Positions 15,229-23,894 of a DNA stretch of 51,429 bases are shown one piece after another. The notes under the pieces are model-generated. The model had not been told where the DNA came from, searched no databases, and was given only the letters and a program-made list of their open reading frames with translations. The translations under genes and the position numbers were made by a program. Within the stretch, counting starts at the first letter, position 1. Each line of letters begins with the position of its first letter. This DNA is from an uncultured bacterium (GTDB lineage: Bacteria; Electryoneota; Electryoneia; Electryoneales; Electryoneaceae): positions 1-51,429 of the forward strand of contig CAZYOC010000002.1 in NCBI GenBank assembly GCA_964648415.1, given 5' to 3'.

Positions 15229-16520
15229 GTCATTTTAAGATAGATTTTGACTGGATATCCAAGTTTCATGGGCCAGAAGTGGGAAAAGCTACATTTGCAG
15301 AAATTACTATTACTATAGACGACGTTACGATTACAGAAGTTTACGATAAAAATGCAAAGACAGTCCGTTCAGGCATATATGTTTCGGCATACACGCTCGC
15401 GAAATGGCTTGCTTATAATTATTGGCGGCTTCGCTGGGAACCAAAACGTTATTCAAGTGACTGGAAAATGAGTCATAGAATTGGAGCTGCTGGTGATGGG
15501 TATCTCTGGCCCAATATTTCTATTTACAGTGATGGCGGATCCATTATTTTTGAGTCAGAAAACAACTCTGACTCCACGCAAGCGGTTCGGTATTTGCATC
15601 AGTTTACAAAATATATCGCAACAGATACTTTCGAATCAGAAATCGACGAGTTTATAACTAATGTGCTTCGCAGGATAGATAGTATGGGAATCAAAGAAGA
15701 TGAGCTGTACATGACCTGGAAAGATCTAATAGAGGAAAAAAATAACTATGATTTGAAGGAGTGGCGTAAACTAGAAGCAATTATGGGCTATGATCCGGAT
15801 GAAGCACCTTCCGAGTCTATTGTAAAATTGCTTCAGAAATCCGATGAATTTGGAAAAGATGCTATTTTTGAGCTGGCCGCTGAATATAATGTTCGTATTT
15901 ATGACGAACTAGATAATTTAGAAATTGATAAATTACACAACAAACCCATCATATATCTTAACGATTACAGAAACATGGCAGATTTAATAAATAATGATAC
16001 AAGTCGATATAAGATTCCATGGCTAAAAGGCGAAAAGGCTGCACAACTCCTAAGAGGATACTGGAAAATAGGTAATGATCCGATAGATAACACGCAAATA
16101 GTGAAACTTCTAAATATAGAGGAAAATATCTTGGACGAGCCACACCCCAATGATCGGGACAAATTCAATATAGGTTTGCGCAATGGCCATCCAGGCGGGT
16201 TTACTACATTTCTTAAAAGTCCATTTGCTGAAAACAGGAGGTTTGCGCTGATGCGAATTCTTGCCGATCATCTTGTCGCACCGGACGATGATCGACTTTT
16301 GCCGGCAGTCACTGCAAGTACGGAACGGCAAAAATTTCAACGTGCGTTTGCAAGAGAAATCCTTTGCCCGATCGAACAGCTTAAGAGTGATTTAGACCTG
16401 AATAGTAACAATAGTTTTCCCGATGATGACATGATTGACACCGTCGCCCGGAAATATGCCGTTTCACCGCGGCTTATTGAAACGGTGCTTGTCAACAAAG
16501 GATTCCGTCCCGGCAACTGA
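15225..16520 (+). CDS. AT-rich orphan protein with a degenerate ImmA/IrrE (M78, COG2856)-like C-terminal domain
   Basis: ORF 15213..16520; the ATG is at 15225 ('MSHFKIDF'). The C-terminus 'NRRFALMRILADHL...ERQKFQRAFAREILCPIEQL...IDTVARKYAVSPRLIETVL' follows the M78 layout (RFtlaHElgH...aN.FA.elLmP...ia..f.VS...v..Rl). The HExxH motif is replaced by 'RILAD'. The N-terminal ~330 aa are unrecognised. Three sampled 60-nt lines give 25-42% GC, against 65% for a line in the adjacent PHP gene. Confidence 0.75.
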   Translation: MSHFKIDFDWISKFHGPEVGKATFAEITITIDDVTITEVYDKNAKTVRSGIYVSAYTLAKWLAYNYWRLRWEPKRYSSDWKMSHRIGAAGDGYLWPNISIYSDGGSIIFESENNSDSTQAVRYLHQFTKYIATDTFESEIDEFITNVLRRIDSMGIKEDELYMTWKDLIEEKNNYDLKEWRKLEAIMGYDPDEAPSESIVKLLQKSDEFGKDAIFELAAEYNVRIYDELDNLEIDKLHNKPIIYLNDYRNMADLINNDTSRYKIPWLKGEKAAQLLRGYWKIGNDPIDNTQIVKLLNIEENILDEPHPNDRDKFNIGLRNGHPGGFTTFLKSPFAENRRFALMRILADHLVAPDDDRLLPAVTASTERQKFQRAFAREILCPIEQLKSDLDLNSNNSFPDDDMIDTVARKYAVSPRLIETVLVNKGFRPGN

Positions 16521-16669
16521 TTTGCAAGTTCCTTCTCTTCCTTCAACATGATACCAAGTATTCAGGTTACTCACTGTTCCGCAAGGATCATAGGTCTGTG
16601 TTCCGAACCGACTCCGCATCATGTCAATGGCTGATCTTTGGCGAGGTTGTCTGGCCCGGATATAGTAAT

Positions 16670-16703
16670 TCTCGAATGACATCATGGGACATTGTTTTCG
16701 AGA
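16670..16703. repeat. Hairpin unit sharing a 20-mer with the window-start repeat
   Basis: 'tctcgaa' (16670-16676) and 'ttcgaga' (16697-16703) are inverted repeats. 'gaatgacatcatgggacatt' at 16674-16693 is identical to 125-144. Confidence 0.7.
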
Positions 16704-16707
16704 GACC

Positions 16708-16816
16708 CTATAAACCCGGGCAGCGATCAAGCATCTGTACCAGCAGCATCAAGAGGGTTTCATTGGTATGGGTTACGTGAAGTCCGGCTGCTCACAACAA
16801 ACTGCCTGGGGCAAAT
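16708..16816 (+). repeat. Family-2 MITE-like element, copy 3
   Basis: 109 bp: 'ctataaacccgggcagcgatcaa...gtttcattggtatggg...aaactgcctggggcaaat'. It has the same termini and length as copies 1 and 2. Confidence 0.7.
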
Positions 16817-16856
16817 GCAAACCGGGCCATGCCACCTGTTTCGCGAACTATCCCGG

Positions 16857-19418
16857 TTAGAAACGATACCCAAGATTGACCGCGATTCGCTGGTGGGTTT
16901 CAGCCGAGCGTGAGGGCGGTGAATAAGCGTACCAGAACTCCAACGGCCCCAGGATGGTATCCAGCGCAAAACCGCCCGCCCAGGAATGCACCAGGTCTTC
17001 TTTGACCGGTTTCCAGGTCTCATCGTCGCTGAACGCCACGATATCGTACCGCGCCAGCAGGTAAGCATCGGCGACGTACCGGCTGATCAGGTCGAAACGC
17101 AGCTCGCCGGTGGCGTGGATGAAGCGAAGGCCGGTAAAGCGGTCCGGGGCGAACGCCGGGAACTCGGTCAGCCCGCCGATGCGGAACCGGTGGGTGAACG
17201 GCGTGGTCAGGTCCGCCACGCCGCTGTTCCAACCCAGGCGGAGCACATAGCGGGGAACCAGCGGCAGTACGGCTTCCGCATTAAAGCGAACCCGATTGAA
17301 TGACCGGTCGCCGCCCAGTTCTTGCAGGTAGCTATGATAGATGATGCCGATGGCGACACCTTCTGTCGGAAACGGTTGCCGGTCCTCGGTATCCAGACGG
17401 GCTTCCAGATGAACTCCTGAAAGGTAATCGTCCTGCAAAGCACCGGCGCCGTAGAGCTCCACGTATTCATAGAAGACACCGCCCTCCAGCTTACCCCAGG
17501 TTTGCAGGTTAAACAGGGCGTCAAAGTCGGCCGACGAGCTGCGCACATCCACTGTCCGCAACACCTCACCCTCGAAATCGTAGATGTCCTGCTCCCGGAG
17601 GTGATAATCACCGCCAAATTCCCAGCCGAGGTAGGTTTTCGCCAGGCGGTCCACCCGGAAATTCACGAGGTACTTCTGATCACGAGCGCCATATGCGGCT
17701 TTGAGCGACACCTCTTCCCCCTGCTTCAGCAGGTTCGGCGTGGCGACAAACTGGGCGAAGTAGCGGGCTTTGCGGTCCGTATCAAACCCCAATCCAATAC
17801 CCAGCTTGGGGAACTGCGCCGGCTCCAGCAGCAGGTGGACAACCACGCCTCCTTCCGGGACCGGCTCGAGGTAGGAATAGACGACTGAATAGCGACCGGT
17901 GGCGTGCAGCTGGGTCACGGTGGCCATCAGTTCGGACCGCCGCAACGGTTGCCCGTGACGAACGCCGACCTCCCGCATCACGACACCGAAACGGTTTTCC
18001 GGGACGCCTTGAATCTCGATGCCACGCACCTCGCCGGGATCGACCGCGATTTGCAGGGTGCCGTCCACCAGCAGCGTGGCGCGTACGCCCGCCGCGGCGT
18101 ACCCCATGCCGCGAAGGTACCGCAGGATGTGCTCCAGGCCACGGTTGATCTCACGGGTACTGCGCCAGCCGGGCTTGATGCCGGACACGGTGACCAGCTC
18201 GGCCCGTTTCTCCGGTGAAAGCGCACCGATCAGCACCGACCGGACATCGACCTCGAGCTCCGGCTCATCGCCGCCCGGAATCAGTCGCTGGAGGGCGTCA
18301 CGGTTAAGCCGCACCGCCGCTCTGCCCAAATCCATAATCGCCTGCGCCTGGTCGAAATCGGTCTGAGTGATCCCGGTCAGGTTCGGCGTGATGACAAGGG
18401 TGGCTTTTGAACGGGAGATGGAATCGTTATCCACCGTCATCAGCGTGGTCACCTGGTTGGCCACTTCCCAGGGATCGTTGGGGTCCACTCCCAACGTCTG
18501 CGGGCTGGCGCAATCCACGGCCACGACCTCGTCCAGCCCCATCTCCAGCGTGGCTCGAACGGGAATATTCTCCACCGCGCCGCCGTCAACCAACAGTTTA
18601 TCATCAAGTCGCATGGGCTGGAAGATGATCGGCACGGCGAGCGAGGCGCGAATGGCGACCGTAAGATCACCCTCTCGGAAGAACACACGGTCCGCGCTTG
18701 TCAGGTCCGTCGCAACCATCCCGACCGGAACCTTCAATTCATCGAAGTTCCGCACCGCGGCCCCATATGGCGAACTCAGGGTGAGGCTCAGCAGCTTCAG
18801 GAACAGCGATTCGCCGGTCAGCAACGCATTCGGGAGGTAAGGCTGGAACCCCTCGAATCGAAGAGTGAGCAGCTCCTGGTTGGCAACCTCCTTTTGCGCG
18901 AGGAAGAGATTGCGACGGCGGGGGGCGTCGCGAAACAGCAGATTCCAGTCTATGGACGTGAACATTCTGGCGAGTTCATCGGGACGGTAACCGGCGCCGT
19001 ACATGCCGGCGATGACCGCGCCCATGGATGTCCCCACCACGGCGTCAACCGGGACGCCCATCTCGGTCAATTCCTGGAGCACCCCGATCTCGGCCAGCCC
19101 CCTGGCGCCACCACCGGACAGGGCCAGCCCGATCGCAGGCCGCTGGTAACGCAACTCCGGCAGAAATCCACGCGGCACATGGGCTGATTGCACGGTGGCG
19201 GAAGGAAGTGCGCCATAAAGCGTGTCGCCGTCCACGATGATACGGTAGCGATCCGAGTGCAGTGATGTGGCGAACTCTTCCTGAAGCGATTGCGCGGAGA
19301 GAGCGGTTGGCAATACCGCAAACGCAAGCATCAGCACAGCAGCGACCAGCCGACGCCGCCCGATGCCGTGAGGTCGCGGCAAACGTATCCAGGATCCTTG
19401 TCTCAGGGTCCGCACCAA
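16857..19418 (-). CDS. Patatin-like phospholipase fused to POTRA and an Omp85-type beta-barrel (type Vd autotransporter, PlpD-like)
   Basis: Signal peptide. The patatin motifs are 'GLALSGGGARG', 'GTSMGAVIAG' (GxSxG) and 'LVDGGAVENIP' (catalytic Asp). The C-terminal ~450 aa are beta-barrel-like and end in 'NLGYRF' (terminal Phe). Confidence 0.85.
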   Translation of the reverse strand: MVRTLRQGSWIRLPRPHGIGRRRLVAAVLMLAFAVLPTALSAQSLQEEFATSLHSDRYRIIVDGDTLYGALPSATVQSAHVPRGFLPELRYQRPAIGLALSGGGARGLAEIGVLQELTEMGVPVDAVVGTSMGAVIAGMYGAGYRPDELARMFTSIDWNLLFRDAPRRRNLFLAQKEVANQELLTLRFEGFQPYLPNALLTGESLFLKLLSLTLSSPYGAAVRNFDELKVPVGMVATDLTSADRVFFREGDLTVAIRASLAVPIIFQPMRLDDKLLVDGGAVENIPVRATLEMGLDEVVAVDCASPQTLGVDPNDPWEVANQVTTLMTVDNDSISRSKATLVITPNLTGITQTDFDQAQAIMDLGRAAVRLNRDALQRLIPGGDEPELEVDVRSVLIGALSPEKRAELVTVSGIKPGWRSTREINRGLEHILRYLRGMGYAAAGVRATLLVDGTLQIAVDPGEVRGIEIQGVPENRFGVVMREVGVRHGQPLRRSELMATVTQLHATGRYSVVYSYLEPVPEGGVVVHLLLEPAQFPKLGIGLGFDTDRKARYFAQFVATPNLLKQGEEVSLKAAYGARDQKYLVNFRVDRLAKTYLGWEFGGDYHLREQDIYDFEGEVLRTVDVRSSSADFDALFNLQTWGKLEGGVFYEYVELYGAGALQDDYLSGVHLEARLDTEDRQPFPTEGVAIGIIYHSYLQELGGDRSFNRVRFNAEAVLPLVPRYVLRLGWNSGVADLTTPFTHRFRIGGLTEFPAFAPDRFTGLRFIHATGELRFDLISRYVADAYLLARYDIVAFSDDETWKPVKEDLVHSWAGGFALDTILGPLEFWYAYSPPSRSAETHQRIAVNLGYRF

Positions 19419-19510
19419 ACCTGCTCCTTGTCCTCCCCTGTCCGCCCGGGAGCGGACGACTCTCCGAATGTAAGCAAGGCAGCACGTAATCGAAAGATTA
19501 GGCGCGCCTT

Positions 19511-20884
19511 TCAGTCATTGTTGACCGGCTCAACGTCCGCCGCCGCCCACTTCTGGATAATGCGACAGGTAAAACGGATGCCCTCGGTCAAATTCGCCAG
19601 CTCCAGGTGTTCGTCCGGACCATGCACCCGGCCGCTTTGCTCCTCGGTCAAGGGAAACGGCATCAAGCCATAGGTCAGGATCCCGGCGCGCCGCAGTTTA
19701 GAGGCGTCGCTGGTCCCCGTCGACTGGTACGGAGCCACAACCGCCGTGGGCCACATCTCCAGCGCCGCCGCTTCGATGGTCTCAAAAAACGGTGTATCGA
19801 ACGGGTCAATGGTGGCGCCGTTTTTCACTCCGGGTTTATGGCGAATGGTAACCCGCTTATCCCCCACCGCTTCTTCCAGCATGCTCGTTACTTCGTCGAG
19901 ATTCTCGCCCGGCAGGATACGCAAGTTCAGGTTCGCTTCCGCAAACGCGGGAATGACGTTTGTTTTGACGCCGCCTTCGATCAGCGTGGCGGTGACCGTG
20001 TTGTGAGTCATGGCTTCGTAGCGCGGGAAACGGCGTTCGGCGCGAGAATCATGCGGCGTGATCCGGCGGAAGAACTCATCTGTGACGGTATTGGGTTTCT
20101 TCTCGAACGGGAAGGTGCTGACGATGTGCAGCGCGCGGTTGAGGATCATGATGGCGTTTTTATCGCTGGGTACCGACGCGTGGCCGGTTTCCCCCAGGGC
20201 GGTCACTGTCAGGTTGTGCGCCGACTTTTCCGCCGCCTGGATCTGTACGCTCCAGACCGAGTCGCCGCGCATCCACACCCGGCCGCCTTCCCCCAGCGCC
20301 ACTTCGATATCGTCGAACATCTCCGGATGCTCTTCCAGCAACCAGATCATTCCGGGCCCGCCGCCGGTCTCTTCGGCAGCCACCGCCATGAAGACCACAT
20401 CCCGGTCCAGCGCGACGTTATTTCGCTTCAACAGCAGCATGGTCGCCAGGTGCGCCACCAGCAGACCCTTGGCGTCGATTGCCCCGCGGCCATACAGCTT
20501 GCCGTCATCCACCACCCCCGAAAACGGCGGCACAGACCAGACACCCCATTCCGAAGTCGCGGGCACGACATCCGAGTGTGAATACAGCAGGATGGGCCTG
20601 CCCCGGCCGGAACCATGGTACCAGGCGATGATGTTGTCACGTTCCTTGTCGCGCGCCAGGCGCTGGTAACGAATCCCCTCACGGTCAAACACCTGGGCGA
20701 TGTAGTCCGCGACCAGGGTTTCGTTGCCGGGCGGATTGGTGGTATTGAGACGGATAATGTCAGCCAGCATGCGCGCGGCTTCGCGACCGATCTCGTCGAA
20801 TTCCGGTTCGTCCGCCGCTGACAAGGAAAAGGCCGCAGTCAGCAGAAAACCGGCGATCAGAATTCGGAATGCGGTGATGAACAT
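19511..20884 (-). CDS. Secreted M20-family metallopeptidase/dipeptidase
   Basis: Signal peptide, then 'LLYSHSDVVP', 'YGRGAIDAKG', 'AAEETGGGPG' and 'GHAS', which are typical of M20/M25/M40. Confidence 0.85.
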   Translation of the reverse strand: MFITAFRILIAGFLLTAAFSLSAADEPEFDEIGREAARMLADIIRLNTTNPPGNETLVADYIAQVFDREGIRYQRLARDKERDNIIAWYHGSGRGRPILLYSHSDVVPATSEWGVWSVPPFSGVVDDGKLYGRGAIDAKGLLVAHLATMLLLKRNNVALDRDVVFMAVAAEETGGGPGMIWLLEEHPEMFDDIEVALGEGGRVWMRGDSVWSVQIQAAEKSAHNLTVTALGETGHASVPSDKNAIMILNRALHIVSTFPFEKKPNTVTDEFFRRITPHDSRAERRFPRYEAMTHNTVTATLIEGGVKTNVIPAFAEANLNLRILPGENLDEVTSMLEEAVGDKRVTIRHKPGVKNGATIDPFDTPFFETIEAAALEMWPTAVVAPYQSTGTSDASKLRRAGILTYGLMPFPLTEEQSGRVHGPDEHLELANLTEGIRFTCRIIQKWAAADVEPVNND

Positions 20885-20892
20885 AGCGGGCG

Positions 20893-21762
20893 TTACTCGC
20901 TGAGAGTGGTTGTGTCGTTACTGGGCCACGCGACACGAAAGCCTACATCATCAAAACCCTCTTCCGGAATTGCCCAATAGCGGTACCAGGTAGCAAAAGC
21001 GGCGTAATCGGTTTCACGATACCCGCCGCCGCGAATCGTTTTCACAGCATATTCCACCGGGCCGTCCGGACCCATGGGGTCCGTATCCGGCGACAGGCTG
21101 TAATACCCCCGGTAAAACCAGTCGTAGGTCCATTCCCAGACAGAACCGGCCATATCGTAACAGCCGTACGGCGACACGCCTTCGGGGTAGCTCCCCACCT
21201 CGATGGTGCTCGACTCATTATTCCTGCCGATATCGGCCATGTTGGCCGCAAAATTGTTGCCCCAGGGATAGGTCTGGCCTTCGGTTCCTCGAGCCGCTTT
21301 CTCCCACTCGGCTTCGGTTGGCAGCCGGCCGCCGGCCCATTCCGCGTAGGCCATTGCGCCGGACCAGGTAACATAAACGACCGGGTGATCCTCGTAGTTT
21401 TGCATGGGAACATACTGCCCGTCATAGCTTTCGATCATCATCTCCGGTTCGACATACTCGTCGTTGCCATCGTTCAGGAATTCACAGAACTGGTTGTTGG
21501 TGACTTCTGTGGGTGAGATCTCGAACTCGCTGATATAGATGGTCCGCGCCGGGTAGCTGGCCGGATAGGACTCGCCATCGCTGTAGCCACGGATAAAATA
21601 GCCTTCAGGGATCAGGATGCGTGTGGAATCCGTTGTCCCAGATGTGTCGGTAGTATCTACATCATCCGGCCCGATACCGCCGCCTCCGCCGGAGTTGCAT
21701 CCCACCACCACCGCAAACAAAACAGCGAACGGAATCCAGGTCAACCGTTGCCAATTCTTCAT
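20893..21762 (-). CDS. Formylglycine-generating-enzyme-fold (SUMF1/EgtB/PvdO family) lipoprotein
   Basis: ORF 20893..21837; the likely start is 'MKNWQRL' at 21762, with lipobox 'VVVGC'. Motifs include 'TEVTNNQFCEFL', 'HPVVYVTWSGAMAYAEWAGGRLPTEAEWEKAARG', 'GSVWEWTYDW' and 'RGGGY'. Confidence 0.85.
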   Translation of the reverse strand: MKNWQRLTWIPFAVLFAVVVGCNSGGGGGIGPDDVDTTDTSGTTDSTRILIPEGYFIRGYSDGESYPASYPARTIYISEFEISPTEVTNNQFCEFLNDGNDEYVEPEMMIESYDGQYVPMQNYEDHPVVYVTWSGAMAYAEWAGGRLPTEAEWEKAARGTEGQTYPWGNNFAANMADIGRNNESSTIEVGSYPEGVSPYGCYDMAGSVWEWTYDWFYRGYYSLSPDTDPMGPDGPVEYAVKTIRGGGYRETDYAAFATWYRYWAIPEEGFDDVGFRVAWPSNDTTTLSE

Positions 21763-21782
21763 CTCTTCCCTACCTTTCTGCC

Positions 21783-23894
21783 GTGGATACCCAGTCATCA
21801 CAGTCACCCGCACCGGACCAACCATCGCGCACGGCACGCCGCAGACGGCGTCCGCGCATACCTTTTCGTATCCGTATCGGCCTGCCCGCTGCTGTCACTT
21901 TAGCCGCTCTTGTGATTCGAGGCCTCTACCTGTTGCTGGCCGGGGACCTGCCAACGTTTCTCAGCCCGGGCGTCGATGCTGAAATGTACCGCGCCTGGGC
22001 GGAACGCATTCTCTCGGGTGTCCCCCAGGGCGAACCCTTCTTCCGCGGACCGCTGTATCCCTACCTGATCGCAACACTGGGTCGTGTCTTCTTTGGAGAT
22101 ACGTTCTGGACCATACGTGTGTTCCAGATTCTCGTATCCGCTATAGCCGCCGGCGCGCTCGCATCGCTGGCCTTCCGGTGGTACAGTTACACCGCCGGCT
22201 GGATCGCGGGGCTGGGCTGGGCCTTCTACGGCCTGTCGATCTATTTTGACGCCGAAGGCCTGATCACCTCCCTGTTCACCAGCGGGCTGATATTACTGCT
22301 CCTCTGGATAGACCTCTACCAGCGTAAAGCGCGGATACACTGGATCATTCTCGCTGCGATCACACTGGGCTGCATGACCCTGCTGCGGGCCAATGCGTTG
22401 ATTCTATGGCCTGTGCTGCTGTGGGCGCTGGCGTCACGTCCCGGAGCGAAGCGACGCAAACGAACCCATCCCACCTGGGTCGCCCCTCTGCTGGCGGGGA
22501 CCATCCTGATCGCCATGGCCGTACCGATCACCAGTTACAACCACAGTCGAGGCGGCGGCTGGACCATCAGCACCCAGGGCGGGATCAATCTCTACCTTGG
22601 CAACAATCCCGCCGCAGATGGCGCCTATGCCGTCGATCCGGAGTTCGGCCCCGCATGGACCCGCGCCCAGATTGAATATAGAGCCGCCCAAGCCGTCGGA
22701 AAAACACGGATCGCAAAAACAGAGACCGACAGCTACTACACCAATCAGGCGATGCGGTATTGGCTCGACAACACATGGGACGCGATCAAGCTGACGCTGA
22801 AAAAGGCTTTGATTTTCTTCAACTTCCGCGAGCTGGGAAACAACCGGCCGCTGCAACCGTTCCTCATGGAAGTGTCGCCCCTGTTCGCGTTTCTGGCCTT
22901 GATCGGATTCCCATTGATCGCCATCTTCGGGTTGCCTTTCATCCCGAAATCCTGGCAATACGTGGCGAATTCACGGCCTGCTATTGTCATGTTCGGGCTG
23001 TATTTCCTCAGCCTGTTGGCCTTCTTCATCAACGCGCGCTATCGTTTCCCGATCACACCTATCCTGGTCCTGTTGGCGGCGGGCTCCCTGGCCGATTTCA
23101 GCAACTGGCTGAAACGGGTAAAAGAGGAAAAGCAAAAGGCTTGGTTCCAGATTGGCGTACGAGTCGCAGTCGCTTTGCTCGTCCTGCTGCCCAAACCCGT
23201 CTCTACCGCCGGAATGGATGAAAACTGGCGTTTCCATCAAGCCGCGGCACGCCTGCGTCTCACTGGTCTGATCGGCGAGAACCAACCGCCCAGCGAGGCT
23301 ATTGCTTACGAAAAAAGACGAACCTGGACAATGGAAGCGCAGGAGATCCTGCTTGAACTGACCGAAAAGGGATCCCAGCGGGAAAATGTACACCTGAACC
23401 TGGGCCTGACCTATATGGCGCAGAATAAACCCGCACGCGCCAAGCAGCAGTTTGAAATGGAAATCGCCGCCAATGCCAACCGAAGCGGCGCCACCAATAA
23501 CCTGGGGGTGATCGCGCAACGCCGGGGCCAACTGGACAAGGCTGAAGCCCTCTATCGACGGTCGCTGTCTCTGGACCCAACCAATCCCGACGCGATCCAT
23601 AACCTGGCGGCCCTGCTGAACGAGACCGCACGAGTCGGCTTTGATTCGGTTCAAGTGCAACAAACCTATGAGCGGCTTCAGGAAGCTGTACGGCTCGTTC
23701 CCAACAATCCCACCTACCTCATCAACCTGGCGATGGTGGAAGTCTATCTTGGCGAGCATCACAACGCGATCAATCACCTCTATCGCGTGTTGCAACTAAA
23801 CCCGAATTCCACAACCGCACGCCAGATGCTGAGGGATCTGGGAGTTGTTCTCGATTCATCTGAGCCATCTCGATCCAGTAACGCTGAAGAGTGA
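21783..23894 (+). CDS. Polytopic GT-C-type glycosyltransferase (GT39/ArnT-like) with a C-terminal TPR domain
   Basis: 703 aa. A basic N-terminus is followed by about 10 or more hydrophobic segments. The C-terminal TPRs read 'NLGLTYMAQNKPARAKQQFEMEI' and 'NNLGVIAQRRGQLDKAEALYRRSLSLDPTNPDAIHNLAAL'. The start codon (GTG at 21783) is uncertain. Confidence 0.7.
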   Translation: MDTQSSQSPAPDQPSRTARRRRRPRIPFRIRIGLPAAVTLAALVIRGLYLLLAGDLPTFLSPGVDAEMYRAWAERILSGVPQGEPFFRGPLYPYLIATLGRVFFGDTFWTIRVFQILVSAIAAGALASLAFRWYSYTAGWIAGLGWAFYGLSIYFDAEGLITSLFTSGLILLLLWIDLYQRKARIHWIILAAITLGCMTLLRANALILWPVLLWALASRPGAKRRKRTHPTWVAPLLAGTILIAMAVPITSYNHSRGGGWTISTQGGINLYLGNNPAADGAYAVDPEFGPAWTRAQIEYRAAQAVGKTRIAKTETDSYYTNQAMRYWLDNTWDAIKLTLKKALIFFNFRELGNNRPLQPFLMEVSPLFAFLALIGFPLIAIFGLPFIPKSWQYVANSRPAIVMFGLYFLSLLAFFINARYRFPITPILVLLAAGSLADFSNWLKRVKEEKQKAWFQIGVRVAVALLVLLPKPVSTAGMDENWRFHQAAARLRLTGLIGENQPPSEAIAYEKRRTWTMEAQEILLELTEKGSQRENVHLNLGLTYMAQNKPARAKQQFEMEIAANANRSGATNNLGVIAQRRGQLDKAEALYRRSLSLDPTNPDAIHNLAALLNETARVGFDSVQVQQTYERLQEAVRLVPNNPTYLINLAMVEVYLGEHHNAINHLYRVLQLNPNSTTARQMLRDLGVVLDSSEPSRSSNAEE

